Source of the DNA: Fonticula alba ATCC 38817
Taxonomy: Eukaryota > Protista > Nucleariida
Direction: 5' to 3' (one strand)
DNA length: 64,000 nucleotides
Assembly: GCA_000388065.2 (NCBI GenBank)
Contig: KB932204.1
Numbering within the stretch: position 1 is the first letter of the stretch; the number at the start of each line of letters is the position of its first letter. The notes under the pieces are model-generated. The model had not been told where the DNA came from, searched no databases, and saw nothing but the letters and a program-made list of their open reading frames with translations. A program made the position numbers and the translations under genes. Of this stretch, positions 21,916 through 34,600 are shown one piece after another.

Positions 21916-24900
21916 ATGTCTTCGCCCCCGCCACCTGGCCCCGGGGCTATCTTCTCCCCGACGCATCCCTTTGCCGCCGGGCCGGGCACCGGCGGGCCAG
22001 TCTTCTCGCCGGCGGGCCCCATCGGCACCGTGACCCCGGTCACAACACACCCCTTCTCCACGGGGACCGGTGTCCATGCACCGAGCAGCTTCGGCATGCA
22101 TGGCCCGGGTGCCGGTCCGGCCGCGCACCATGCCTCGACGCCTCAGCCGCACCCGGCCCATGGGGCGCCCCCGACGCCGGTCGCGTCGCCTCCCTCGAGC
22201 ACCGCGACGTCGGTCGCCACAAGCGGGGCTTCCTCGACGGCCGGGTCGCCGGGCATCCTGGCACCCTCCGAGCCGCGGGCCGAGCTGTCGCTGCCGAAGC
22301 CGGCCGACCCGGGCCCCGGAGCGGTGCCCCCTCCCCCGCCGGCTCTGATCCAAGCCTGCCAGGCCGGGGACATCGACCTGGTGGAGGAGCTCCTGGCCAC
22401 CGGGCGGGCACATCCGGCCGACCGGAACCCGGAGGACGGCACCACCGCCCTGCACTGGGCCGCGCTCAATGGCCACCGGCGGATTTGCGAGCTGCTGGTG
22501 GCTCGCGGCGGCCCGGGCGTGGTCAATGTCTCGGGCGGCAGTGCCGAAATGACTCCCCTGCATTGGGCCGTGCAGCGGGGCCACACGGACGTCGTGCAAT
22601 ACCTGATCGAGCATGCGGGGGCCAATCACCGGCTGACCGATTTGAAGGGCTTCAATGCCCTGCACATGGCCGCGCAATTTGGCCGGCCCATGATGCTGCT
22701 GCTGCTGCTGCGCTTTGGCCTGGCATTGGAGTCGCGCGATCACAACGGCCGCACGCCGCTCATGTGGGCGGCCTATGCGCCGGATCCCACCGGGCCCAGC
22801 CGACTGGTGGCCACCTCGGCCCAGGACCAGCTCCACTGTTTGGTGGCCCTGCTGCGTCTCGGGGCCGATGTCTATGCCACCGATGAGCAGGGATACAGCG
22901 CCCTGCATTGGGCGGTCACGCGCGGCCGGCAGAATGCCTGCCGGGTTCTCCTCGAAGCCGGGGCCGATCCCTTCTTGAAGACGGCCCGGCCGCCGAAGGC
23001 CGCCGCCGCTGCCGGAGCCGACCCGCTGCTCTTGCGCTCGGCCATGGAGATCGCCCGGGAGAAGGGCCACGTCGATTGGTTCCAGAGCCTGACCTCGCGC
23101 TACACCTCGCGCCATGTGCTGGCGGCCGCCAGCCCGGAGCGTTCCCCCTCGGCCCGGCCCAGCGGAAAGTCTCTGGCCCAGAGCAACATCCACATTGGCC
23201 ATGTGCTGCAGCCGCACCATGCGCGCTACATGTCGCCGGACATGCTGATGGTCTACTGCGTGCCGTATGTCTTCCTCGGGGCGTGCTTCTACATGTTCAC
23301 TGCCACCTTCTGGCCGGTGGCCCTGTTGCTGTCCACCGTCCTGGGTTACCTCTTTTGGCTGTTGGTCAAGGTACGATGCCCCTCGCGGGCCGGGCAAGAG
23401 GCAGGCCGGATGTCGCGCCCCGGTGTACTTTTCGAGTTTTCGCACTTTGCCTGCTCGTTCGGGGCTTTCTCCTGCGCCGGGTTGCTCGCTGGCTCGCTCT
23501 CCCTCTCTCCCTCTCTCCCTCTCTCCCATCGCCACACGACTGACTCCAAATGTGACGTACAGGGCCCGGCCACGCGTGTCGGTGGTCTCCACCGGACGCC
23601 GATTTTGATTTCGGTCTTCCATGCGTCACTCGTTTATGACTCCTTTGGCCTGCTGTTCATGGCCAGCGACGGTACGCACTCGCGCCTGGGTGGGCATTTG
23701 CTTCCTCTCTCTTTGATTTTTCGTCCCTGCTTGGCTCGGCTGCCTTCCCCCGGAGCTGCCTCTCCTCTCCGCCGTATTCCGGGCGCTCGGTACCCATCAC
23801 GGGGGAAGGTCGTCCTGCTGCCGCATTTCCCGTGCCCCACCCCTCACCGTGAGTCCCGCGCGCGCCTCCCCTTCCAGAATATCCTCCCTACATTCCGCTG
23901 TACATCATCACCACCTTGATCGCCATCACGGGCTTCATCATGTGTGTGAAGGTGTGGTTCTCGGACCCAGGCGTGGTGCCCTTCCACAATAGCGTGTCGG
24001 ACATTCTCGCCGTACGACTTGGTGATCTGCTTCTATGCCCTCGGCCATCTCCACCCGCTCACCCTCGTCGCTGCATCTCTCTCTCTCTGTCTCCCCCCTT
24101 TCTCCCCTGCAGGACATTTCTCAGCTGGTTTCCGCGCGGCGCTTCGACCGGCAAAACTACTGCCTCACATGCATGGTGTCGCGGCCGCAGCGCTCGAAGC
24201 ACGATCGCGAGACAAACCGCTGTGTCGAGCGCTTCGACCACTACTGCCCGTGGGTGCATAATGTTGTCGGCCGGGACAACCACCGGCTTTTCCTCATCTT
24301 CCTCTTCCTGATCAGCATCTCCATGGTCCTTTATGTCGTTTGTATCTATAAGGGTGCGTTCCCTCTCTCTCTCTCTGTCTCTCCCCCCCTCTCCCCCTCT
24401 CCCGTCCTCCCACATACCACCATCCCTCGGCCCTGCACGTACGCACCTATCTGTACTCACTCGCATATCGGCATGCATGATCGTGTTCCTCCATATACAC
24501 GCACACACACACATGCAGTTCTCTCCAACGCGCCCGAAGGCCTCTTCCTGCCGGAGCACACCCCCTCTGCCTGCCCTCTCGGGAGCCGGGCCTGTGCTGT
24601 GGTCAGCCGCAACGCCTTCCTCACGGTGACCGGCGTTTGGACGGGTGTCAACTCCCTCTGGGTTTTGTTGACCTTGGCCACTCAGTTGAATGCCATCCTG
24701 CGCGGGCTGACCGTCAACGAGGTGATCAACTTCAGCCGGTACTCCTATCTTCACCTGGAAGAGCCGGCCTCCGGAGGTGCCGGCCGCGCTGGTGCCAGCA
24801 GCAAGTCCGCTTGCGGGAGTGGCAGCGGGTCGGCCAGCGGCGGTCCCGGTGCCGACCATCACTCGGCCCAGAAGTGCGGCTCGCCGGGCCACTCGCATGG

Positions 24901-25196
24901 CGACCATGGCGACCACTCGCATGGTGACTCCCCGTGCGGGTCGAAGTCCAGCTCCTGGAACAACGCCCTCAATCGAGGCATCTTGCGGAACCTGTGCGTG
25001 TTGTCGCTGGCCGGCGTGGGCTCCGATTTTGTGTCCTTGGGAACTCTTTCTCTTCCTCCCTGGTCATTGCCACTCTGACACCCCCCTGTACCGGTCTTTC
25101 TCCCCCTCCCCTCTCCTCCCGGTACGCAGCATCGGCTTTTTCATGATGTCCACATACGAGACCTCACGCGATGTGGAGCTCGGCAAGCTGGCGTGA
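21916..25196 (+). CDS. AKR1: Ankyrin-repeat palmitoyltransferase (Akr1/ZDHHC17-like), DHYC variant; multi-exon
   Basis: Ankyrin repeats (GTTALHWAALNGH, MTPLHWAVQRGH, GFNALHMAAQFG, GRTPLMWAAY, GYSALHWAV), TM segments, and a cysteine-rich domain YCLTCMVSRPQRSKHDRETNRCVERFDHYCPWVHNVVGRDNHRLF followed by GLTVNE. Confidence 0.9.
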
Positions 25197-25708
25197 GAGA
25201 CGGATGGGGCCGGAGGCCGGGGGCGTGGGGGAAGATTGCTCCCCCCCCCCCCCCCTCCTGAGCCCTGCACACCCTTCATTCGGTCGCCATCATCCACATG
25301 CCAACGGAGTAGACAAGACCGTTGCGCCCCGGGCCGAGGTTCAAATTTCAAAAATATATCTGTTGCAGATTGTTGCCCAACCGTGCAGGGGGGGGGGGGG
25401 GGGCGGGGAGGGGGGACGCGAAAGGCCAGGTCAGGGTGGTGGCCCAGGGCGCAGGGTGCCGGAGACTCGAGAGGATGCACAATGGGTTTGGGAACCCAGG
25501 TGGGATGGCCGTTTAGATCACCCCTCTCCACTCCTCCAGTTCCCTCAGCTGGTCTTCTTCATTGCACTCCGCTTCGCTGCTCCCCTCCCCCCCCCCCTCC
25601 TTCTTGCTCCTCCCCTTCGGCCCTCTCGCCTGCATCCCCCTCCGCCGTTGGCCGTCATCTCTCCCCTCGCCCCCGGGTTACGGCGCTTCCTCGCCCCATC
25701 GCTTGGCC

Positions 25709-27642
25709 ATGGACATCGAGCGCATCGTGCGCCAGCTTCAACTGCACGTCCGTGACCGGGCGCCGCAGATCGTCTCCAAGGCGCAAGAGGTTTTTCGCCT
25801 GTCCTCGACGGCCAAGTTCAGCGGCAGCGCGGTGGCCTCGCGCCCCGTGGCTTGTGTGCAGATTGCCTGTGACATGTGCGCCCCTGCATGCGCGTGTGTG
25901 CTTGCCATCTGGAGCGGGGGGGAGGGGTGTTCCTTGACGGGCGGGGCTGCTGTTGGGGCTTTCTTTCTTTTTTTTTATTTTCCACTGGCTGATATTGACC
26001 TCCACTGTCTCTTCCACCCGGCATGAAACATGCAGCTTGGACGAGCCGATCGATAAGTCGGCGGCCACCCGGATTTCAGGATCCTCATCCAAGATCTACA
26101 ACCGGCTGATAGCCCGCATTAGGGACTTGGTTGGGGCATCGTGCGTTCGCCAGCCTGGCCGTCGTCACATCTGTGCCCGCTTGGACTCCTCGATGGGACT
26201 GACCTGTGTGCCCCTCCAACCCCAAGGCGAACGCTCCGTCTGAGCGACCTGTGTGTCCGATATAACGCGCCCCACTTACTGGAGCGAGCCAATGAGATCT
26301 TGCAGTTTTTGAACCAGTCGTCCACCGGGCCGGCGGCCCCGTCGACAAGTGAGGATACCCCGGCCCCGGCCGCTGTCGGCAGCTACTCCGAGGAAAGCTC
26401 GGCCGTGACTTCCTCCCGGGTGGCGGCCTCTTTCCTGGCGGCCTGCCGCTTTCCGGGGCCGGACCACCAGCCTGTGAGCGTGTCCCGGTGGTCGGTTGAG
26501 CGCATTTGCGATGTGGATCGCCGTGTTTTCGGCTCGGTGTGTGCCTCTTTTTTTTTTCGTGCCGGCGACCGGCCAGCCCGTGTGCCATTGGCTTTACTAA
26601 CCCGTTGTCTCTGCGCTTGACGGGGGGGCGGGGCAAAACCCCCAACCAGACCCTCGATGCGGCCTTCTCTGTGGCCGATCACCTGGACCAGATGGCTCGG
26701 CTGGCGGCAGCCGGGACGAGTGCCCCGACCGCCACGCCGGCCCCGGACGCCGGGTCTGGGGACCTGGCCGCGGGGGGCGCCCCAGCACGTGCACCGGCCT
26801 CGGCCCCTGCGCCGGAACCTGCGTCGCGCGCGGACATGCGCGAGCGTGAGCTGGCCGCCCAGCTGCGCATGGATGTGGGGCTAACGCCGGCGCCCTCGAA
26901 CACCGCCCTGTCGGCCAAGGGCCCCTCGGAGGCTGGGGCCCCCGGCTCCGGTCCGACCGATGACCCGACCACGGCTGGCATGTTGGCCAGCCTCACCGGG
27001 GCCGGTGTCCCGCTGGCTGCCAGGACGGCGGCCGCGCTGGCCGCCGAGCAGGAACGCCTTCGGTCGCTGGTGGCCACGCAGCTGGCTCCGCCACCAGCCC
27101 GGCGCGGCCGTGGTCGCCCTCCCGGGTCCCTGAACAAGAAGCANNNNNNNNNNNNNNNNNNNNNNNNNNNNNNNNNNNNNNNNNNNNNNNNNNNNNNGCT
27201 GGCTGCCAGGACGGCGGCCGCGCTGGCCGCCGAGCAGGAACGCCTTCGGTCGCTGGTGGCCACGCAGCTGGCTCCGCCACCAGCCCGGCGCGGCCGTGGT
27301 CGCCCTCCCGGGTCCCTGAACAAGAAGCCCTCGCTGCGACTGCAGCAACAGCAGCAGCAGGAGCGCGCCATCCGATCGGGCGCCGCCCTGGCCGCGGCGC
27401 TGATGGCCAACCTGCCGGACGGCTGGTACATCCGGAGTACTCTGCCCCGGCGTCGGCCCCTCGGGGCACCTGCACCTCCGGCAGATCCGCTGAATGGCCG
27501 CATTGAGCGAGCCTACCTGGCTTGGTATGCGTCGGTGGTCCATGGTCCGCCGGCTGATCTTGACGACCCCGCCGGCACACACGCGTCTCCCAAGCCGGAG
27601 CTGCCGGGACCGACCTTGGAGGCCATCCCGCCAGGGAGGTAG
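25709..27642 (+). CDS. ORC6: Origin recognition complex subunit 6-like, with AT-hook in the C-terminal linker
   Basis: Spliced N-terminus MDIERIVRQL...IVSKAQEVFRLS...VACVQIACDILDEPIDKSAATRISG...LRLSDLCVRY...LERANEIL...AASFLAAC resembles the TFIIB-like Orc6 core. C-terminal AYLAWYASV resembles the Orc6 YxxWK helix. Introns 25876-26035 and 26141-26226 keep the frame. Confidence 0.78.
27012..27328. repeat. Direct duplication flanking an N gap (27012-27142 repeated at 27198-27328), probable scaffolding artefact
   Basis: Identical sequence on both sides of gap 27144-27197. The same pattern occurs at 20892-20925 versus 20936-20969. Confidence 0.85.
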
Positions 27643-27821
27643 CCCCTTGTCGGTCCACCGTGCTCCTCCTCCCTCTCCCGGAATAGACTTCGCCGGCAGC
27701 GAAGAACTTCACACTGGCGGCCCCTGGCTGAGCGTTGCCTTTTCTTCGACACACCGGGGTGGTGTATTTTTGTGGCATGTATGCCGCGAAAGGGAGCGAA
27801 GGGGGGGGGGGGGGGGGGGGG

Positions 27822-30800
27822 TCACCGCTCGAAGTGCTCGACAACCAGACCAATGAGCTGGGGCTTGGTCATGCGGGGGTGCTCCACGCCGATGCTTTCG
27901 AGGAATTGCTTGAGCATGGGCACGGTTAGCTTGCTCAGCGTGCCGGCGCGCCAGTGCTCCTCCACCGATGCGGGCTCCGCCGTGGCGCGGGTCCTTTTGG
28001 CCGTGGGGGCGGCGTCGACAGCGGCGGCGCGCCGGCGCCCGGCCCCGGTCGCAGGCGGCACCTGTAGCGAGGCATTGGCCAGCTGGTACTGGTCCAGGTG
28101 CTTGCTCAGGGTACGTAGTGCCGGACCGGCCAGCTGCTCGATGGCCTCCAGGGCCGGGCGTGTGCTATCATGCGTAACCTCGACGGATGTCTGGCCCAGG
28201 GCCAGTGCATGCAAAGTCGAGTAGAGCAGAGTATTGGCTGCCGGCATCGAGCGAGAGTCAGTCGACAGCCCAACCGGGAGGAGGGCAGGGGAGGGGGGGG
28301 GGGGCGGGGAACACTCCGGCGGCACGTCAAGTAGGATGGCAAAAGGGGGGGGGGGGTACGCACCAGGATTGGGGAAGTCATCAATGGAGAAGGTCCCCTG
28401 GATGAGGCTGTCAGCCACCGTGGCCACGGCCGACGCGACGGCCTCCTCCTCTATGGGTAGGGGGGAAAGGGGAGGAATCAGAATACGATCGGGAGGGGGG
28501 AAAGAAGCCGGGCCAGGAGGCGCAATTCCCAGGCAGACGCCAGACGTACCGGGCACCGGGGCCACGGCCTGCACCGGGCGGACATCCTCCAGATAAGGCA
28601 GAGATGCAAAGTAGAAGCCACACCGGTCGGCTGGCAGGCCTCCGGGCGGGGCCGGGATTAGCAGCGCCAGCGCCGGGGGGGCTGTGCGTGTCGAATACAG
28701 CACCACGGCAGCCAGGCCACGGGCAGCCGTGCGCCGGAGCAGGGCCGCCAGTACCGCATCGGACCCGGCCACGTCGGCCTCGCAGCCGGTCAGGAACTGG
28801 GTGGCCCGGTACAACAGTGACATGTCCACCTCGGCCAATGGCCGGAAGCCAAGCAACGCCAGCCCGGTGCCCAGCTGCCCCGAGCCAACCAGGGGGGCCT
28901 GGATGCCTGCCGGGGCGGAGGCCTTGGCCGGGCCGCGCGCATGTCCGGCATAGTGCGCCAGTAGGACGGACCGCAAAGGCCGGTCCACGTACTGGGTGAT
29001 TCCCGGCCCGGGGATCAGCAGCCGCGACCCGGGGTCCGTTTCGTCGGATCCGACGACCAGGGTCCGCTGGGCATCCCGCGCGGCCACCACCTCGCGGACT
29101 CCCGTGTCAGGGTTCTTTTGTTGTTGGCGGTGGTGTTGTGGGACATGTCCATTGGGCTTTGTCAGTGGAATGCCTCTTCCATGGCCAGGCGTGAATTCGG
29201 TACAAGCACGGCGCAAGCACGGCGCAAGCACGGCGCAAGCACGGCGCCCGGGTGGAGGCCAGTCAACACGCACCGTGATATGATATCGACTCTGATTGAC
29301 GACCGGCTCATTGGTTCGCATGTCCACATACTCATAGGTTGGCTTCCGACCTGGCGTCAACAACGGGTATCTGCATGTCCGGCGGGTGGAGGGGGGGGGG
29401 ATTTTACGGGGAGGTGGATGGGTGTGATTTGCGAGAACCGCCAGGGGAAGCAACGCGCATGGAGCCGAATGCGCATGGCAGCCATGTTGCAAAGAGGAAG
29501 GGGAGGGGGGGGGGGGCAAATAGTGTGAACATGGGGCAAAGGGGGCAGTGGTCAGGCAAAAATGCTTTGTAGGCGTACAGCTGCACCGAAATGCATACCG
29601 ACGGTGACAGAACCAACGGCAGCGGCGGGGAGAATCCCTTGCGGCCCTGGCGCTGGCGAATGGCCACCAGCATGCGTTCGATACGCTCCGGCACGGAGAC
29701 CATGCCCGGAGCGCCGGGCTCCGGCCCGACTGGTGCCTCGAGGAAGGTCCCATAGAAGGCGCCGAAGTCAAAGGCCTCGCCCCCGGGCGGGTCGAGTGGC
29801 ATCAATTCCAGGGCGATGCCCAGCTGGGCCAGATCGGCTGCTCGGATGGCTGCCTCGCGATCGAGACGAGCCTCTTGAGCCCGGTCGCCCACCGGCGCAT
29901 GCGGCCGAGGATCATTCGTGAAGAGGAGCACCCGCTGCCGGCCGAGACGCCGGGTGGCCGATGCCCGGCTGAACAGCCGCCCGCAGGCATCCAGCACCCG
30001 GGCAAGCGGCATGCACCCTGGCTGGGATCCCTGCCCGGCCTCGGTCAGTGGGGGGAACTCCTGTTCGAAGCGAGACCGGGCCCCGGTGCCCGGGGCACAC
30101 CCAGAACCGGCGGTGCTGGCCTGAAGGAGCGAGAGAAAGGCCCCGCCAAGCATGGAGGAGCCGGACTGCGCCAGGAGACTGTCCCCAGCGAGGCGAGCAG
30201 GGCTGGACAGCGCATCGCCAGGGGCCGGCAGCTTTGCCGGCCGCTCGGCCCCCTCGTCGGTCAACAGGGACTCCAGTCGGCGAATGCGCGTCACATCCGC
30301 CACATCCAGGTCCAGCAAGACCGCGGCACCGGAATCCGCGCCAACATCCTCCGAGGACCGGGCGCCTTCCGGGGCTTGTGTATTGAAAAGAAGGACCCCA
30401 GCCAGGTCATTGGGTGCCGAGGAAATGCTGTCGCGAATGACCCACAGAGCGCAGAGAAGCGCGTTGTGGGCTCCCGCCGGGGTGCCCATGCGCATGGTTG
30501 GGCCGCAGTCGACCGCAAAGATGGTCGCGTCAGCTCGATTGAGCTGTGTGCCGGCAGCCAGGGAGCGGGGGGAGAGGGGTCAGTTGCCTGGCAAGCATCA
30601 TGCCGACCCCCAGTAGGGCAAGATCAGAGGGGGTGTACCTCGCTGGCGGAACGCCCCTCGCCCGGGAGCTCGTCAGCGTCATCGTCCGCATCACCGGTCT
30701 GAAAGCTGGTGGCCACATTTTCCACCCGAAGGACAGAATAGAAGCTGGCTCTGCTGGGGGCCGTGGCGTCGGAGGTTTGGATAGCTGCCACGTCCACCTG

Positions 30801-30878
30801 TGCCGGGACGGCAAAGTCCCAGTCAGCATCGAAGTCACCCTCATCCCCGACCGGGGGATCTGCCCAGAACCCATCCAT
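27822..30878 (-). CDS. KU70: Ku70 DNA end-binding protein (vWA, beta-barrel core, SAP domain); multi-exon
   Basis: RADATIFAVDC, PNDLAGVLLFNT, RQRVLLFTNDPRP, ISVQLY, LALLGFRPL, GFYFASLPYLEDVR, DFPNP...LYSTLHALAL, and a C-terminal SAP domain LSKLTVPMLKQFL...KPQLIGLVVEHF. The acidic first exon is 30878-30639. Confidence 0.9.
29203..29246. repeat. 11-bp tandem repeat (CAAGCACGGCG)x4 within a Ku70 intron
   Basis: Directly visible, just downstream of a minus-strand GTGCGT donor at about 29273. Confidence 0.9.
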
Positions 30879-31663
30879 CCTGCCGATCAAGACGTGTGTG
30901 TGGGGGGGGGTATGGTCGAAAGAAAGAGGGGGGGGGGAGAAAGCGGGGGGAAAGAGAGAAAGAAAGAGGGGGGGAGAAAGCGGGGGGAAAGAGAGAAAGA
31001 AAGGGCAGGGCGAGGGGGGATTTCATGGGGAATGGCTTGCAGGGAGGCTGGCCCGCATGCACCGTGGCCCGAGATGGCTATGCTCTCCCCGCTACAGCCC
31101 CCCCCCCCCCCCCCTGCCCCCGTCCCGGCCTCGATCGCGAAAGTGCACGGTAACGAGGAATTTAAATAGGCGCTCTACGTTGGCACACTGGAAGCGCCAC
31201 CGAGCAAGTTTTCGTGGGTGTATTGGCGCCGCTCGTCGGGAAGAGTCCCGCGTGTTGTTGCGCGGTGGGGATTGTGGGGGGCGGGAGGGGGGACATAGCG
31301 CTGCTCGATCGGCGAAATCCGCACGCAGTGGTCTTGCCCACAAGGAGGGCCGCAACACATCTCGCCATCCCCGACACAACATCAATGTACAGGCCTGACG
31401 GGAAAAAAACGTCCCGAAAGAGCCTGGCCCCCTCGAAGTGTGCATTTCTAAGGGAAGTGGGGGCGTGTGTGCGTGCGAGTGTGTTTGTGTGCACTACGTC
31501 TGTTTGAATGCCGCGTCCCAGCCTCTCTCTCTCTCCCTCTTTCTCGCGTCCTCTCTATCTCTAGCATACACCCACACACGGCGCAGGGCGAAGCAGCAAA
31601 GCCGGAGGGCCCCTCCGCCGGGACGGTGGCCGACACGGCGGCTGGCTGGTGCCAGTCGGGGCC

Positions 31664-34600
31664 TCACCGACGGCGCCGACGACCGAGGCCATCCTCATCG
31701 CTGGGCAGGACCCCCGGGTGCCCCTCTTCGGACACCGGCCAGCGGTAGGTCTGCTCGATGAGGCGCGTGACAAGGCTCACCCGGCGGCGAAGCTCCCGGC
31801 CGAAGGTGTCAGCCAGGGCGCCCTCCCGGCGAATGCGGGCCTCGTCAATCAGACGCCGGCACACCGCCGGGTCGCCGGCGAAGGATTCCCGGCCGCCGCC
31901 GACCACCCGGCGCCCGGGGCCGACACTGGCTCGATCATGGCCAAAGTGCCGCATGAACCCCTGGTCCAGGGGCAGGTCCAGCTCGTGCGGGGCATTACGC
32001 CCGGAGGACAGCCCATGGATTTGGGTTTCCATGACTCGCGCCGTCAGGAGCATGGCCTTGGTCCGCTGACGCGGGTCGGCCGGCGGGTCCTCCAGGTAGG
32101 GGAAGGCAAGAGACCGGAGAGCCGCCTGGGTGGATGGAGTGATGGACGGGCGCAGGGCCGGTGGCGTAGGACCATGGTCCTTCTGCCCGGAGGAGGTGGC
32201 CGCACCCTCCTCGGCGGTGGCCACCGCGCGGAAGTAATCGGCCAGGCGCCGGCGCTCGACCTCCGACAGCTCGGGCTCGCATTCGCTGACAAAGCGATTG
32301 CGGAAACTCAGGGACTTGAGCATGGCCAGTGCCTGGCGCGAGGGCCCGGTGGCGGTGTCCTCCCCGGGGCCGGTGCTCTGCAATCGAGCATGCAGGCTTT
32401 GGACCTGGCTGCGGAAGAGCGTCCAGAGCGACGGCCGCAGGGTGATCCCCTGGCCCGGGGGGGCCGGCCCCGGGCCCAAGGTGGCGCTGGAGGGCTCCAG
32501 GAACTCGTCCACATCCATGTGCACCAAGAGGGCATAGCTGTCGCCGGCCTGGTAGAGGCAATCATTGAGCAGGACCCGCTGGCCGTAGTAGGCCACGCGG
32601 CCCTGGCCAAGCACGCGCTGGTGGCGCCAGTCATGCAGGACCACCAACGGGCGGAATTCCCGCTGGCGATCGGCCGCAGCCGCGGCCCCTTGCCGAGTGG
32701 CCTCCTTGCCGCGAGCCGGGCCATCCACCTCGGGCGACCAATTCCATGGCCAGGAGTCGCCGGGCGGCAGGCCGGGCCAGGCACCGGTGAGTGAGGGGTC
32801 CTGCCCGGGTGGCGAGCTACCGGCTGGCAAAAGTTCCCCAGCCGGCACCGACGGCCAGCGTGCATAGAAGTCCAGCACATCGGCCACATTTTGGTCCCCG
32901 GTATCGGCCACATAGGCATGCACCTGGCGGACGCCCACCATGCGGTGGTACTCCAGCCACTCGATGTAATGCCGGGCCAGCGGCCGGCGCCCGACACGGT
33001 CCCCGGCATACACCGGCCCCAGGCAAGCGGCCACCGGGACAAATGCCGGGGCCGGGGGGACCGATGTGGGGCTTTCCCCGGGCCCGAGGTCCAGCGACCG
33101 GTCCAGGGCATCCAGCCATTGGTGAAGCTCGGCCGAGGCGGCGGCCGCGGGTGGATCGAAGGCCGGCGCCCGGACTTCCAACCCATCCACCAGACGAACA
33201 TGCCCCTCGGGGGTCCGAGCCTCGGCCAGCAGGCGCAAGCCGGCCGACTCGCCGTCTTCCTCCCCGTCGGAGTCTTCCTCCTCGTGGGGGTGACTGTCGG
33301 GATCGCTTTCCGAGGGGGCGCCACTGCTTTCCAACTTGTCAGCATGATCCCCACGGCGGCGCCGGGCTCGAGCTGGCTCGGGCTCCGGGAGATCACCGGC
33401 CTCGAGGAGCTCCAGCAGACGGTGGGTCCCGCGAGGCATCAAGGCCAGCAGGTCCACCCGGACGCCGTCCGCCGGCCAGGGCGAGACACGGGGCCCGGGC
33501 CCGGTGTCGCTGGCGGCGGCCGAGGCCAGGCCGGCCAGCGTGTCGGCCTGCTGCCGCGACAGGGCACAAAAGACCAAGCCCACGCGATAGATGTGGGCTG
33601 GCTGTGGCTGGCCCAGCAAGCTCAGTCGGGCCTCGGCCAGCAGGGTGACAGTCCCGCCCGAGGGCACAGCCACGCGTACTCGGCAGCCAAGGACAAACCC
33701 CGGCGGCGGGGTGTTGCCGGTGGAGTCCCAGGCACCGGGTGGAGACCGGCGCCGGCCCCCGGCAACCGGCTCCCGCGACGCATGGTCGGCCCGGCCCAAG
33801 TGCTGCATGTCACGCAGGCGTTCGGCATCCAGGTGCTCCTGGGCCCAGGAGAAGTATTCGGCCACCTGGAGCATGCGCTCGAACCACGTCTGGCGCACAT
33901 ACTGCATAACCACGACCACCGACGCGCCGCGCGGATCGTGCAGCGGCCCCCCGCTGGGCCCGGGCGGGCCCGTCTGACGGATACCCCGACGACGGGTCAG
34001 GGCCACTTCCGGGTCCGGCGGCTGGAGGAAGGCCCGCTCGGAGGCCGGAGACCGTTGGCTCAGGAGATAGGCCCCGGAGATGGTGAGCTCGCGCTCGGCC
34101 GTCCCTGGCCACAAGCGCTCCCAAGCGTATGACGAGGCGGGTGGATTAAACAAGTGGTCGTAAATGACCGCGTGCGATCCGGTTTGGGAGTACGTGGTGA
34201 TGGGGTCGGCTGATGTCGGGTGGCGTGGGCATGCGTGTGTGTGTGGGGGGGAGGGGGGGTAGCACGAGTGTTAGTCATGGTCGCGAGCACTTGTGTGAGA
34301 TTGCGCGAAAATGCGGAGGAGCCGGACTGGAGGTGCCGCCGGCGCCCGGGAAGGGGGGACATGGACATTGGGTCCCGGGTGCGAACGGCACGCGGACACC
34401 ACGCACAGTACTCCTCGTCGAAGATGGAGCCATCGCCCGGGCGAGAGGCAATATGCTCAGCGGCCGGGTCCGGGCCTGGAGGCTCCACCTGCTGGGCCTT
34501 GTCACTGGGGGCCATCTTGCCCTCTGACGGCCGAGGGGTGGCGGACTTGCCGTTGGCCACCGAAGACCCTGAATCTTTGGAAGGGGGACTTTTGGAAGTT

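Noticed and set aside
27012-27328. Tandem double AT-hook module in Orc6
   Set aside because: The exact duplication brackets an N gap, so it is treated as one real copy until long reads say otherwise.
29203-29246. In-frame repeat insertion in Ku70 suggested by the ORF track
   Set aside because: The repeat lies inside a GTGCGT-led intron, so it is not coding.
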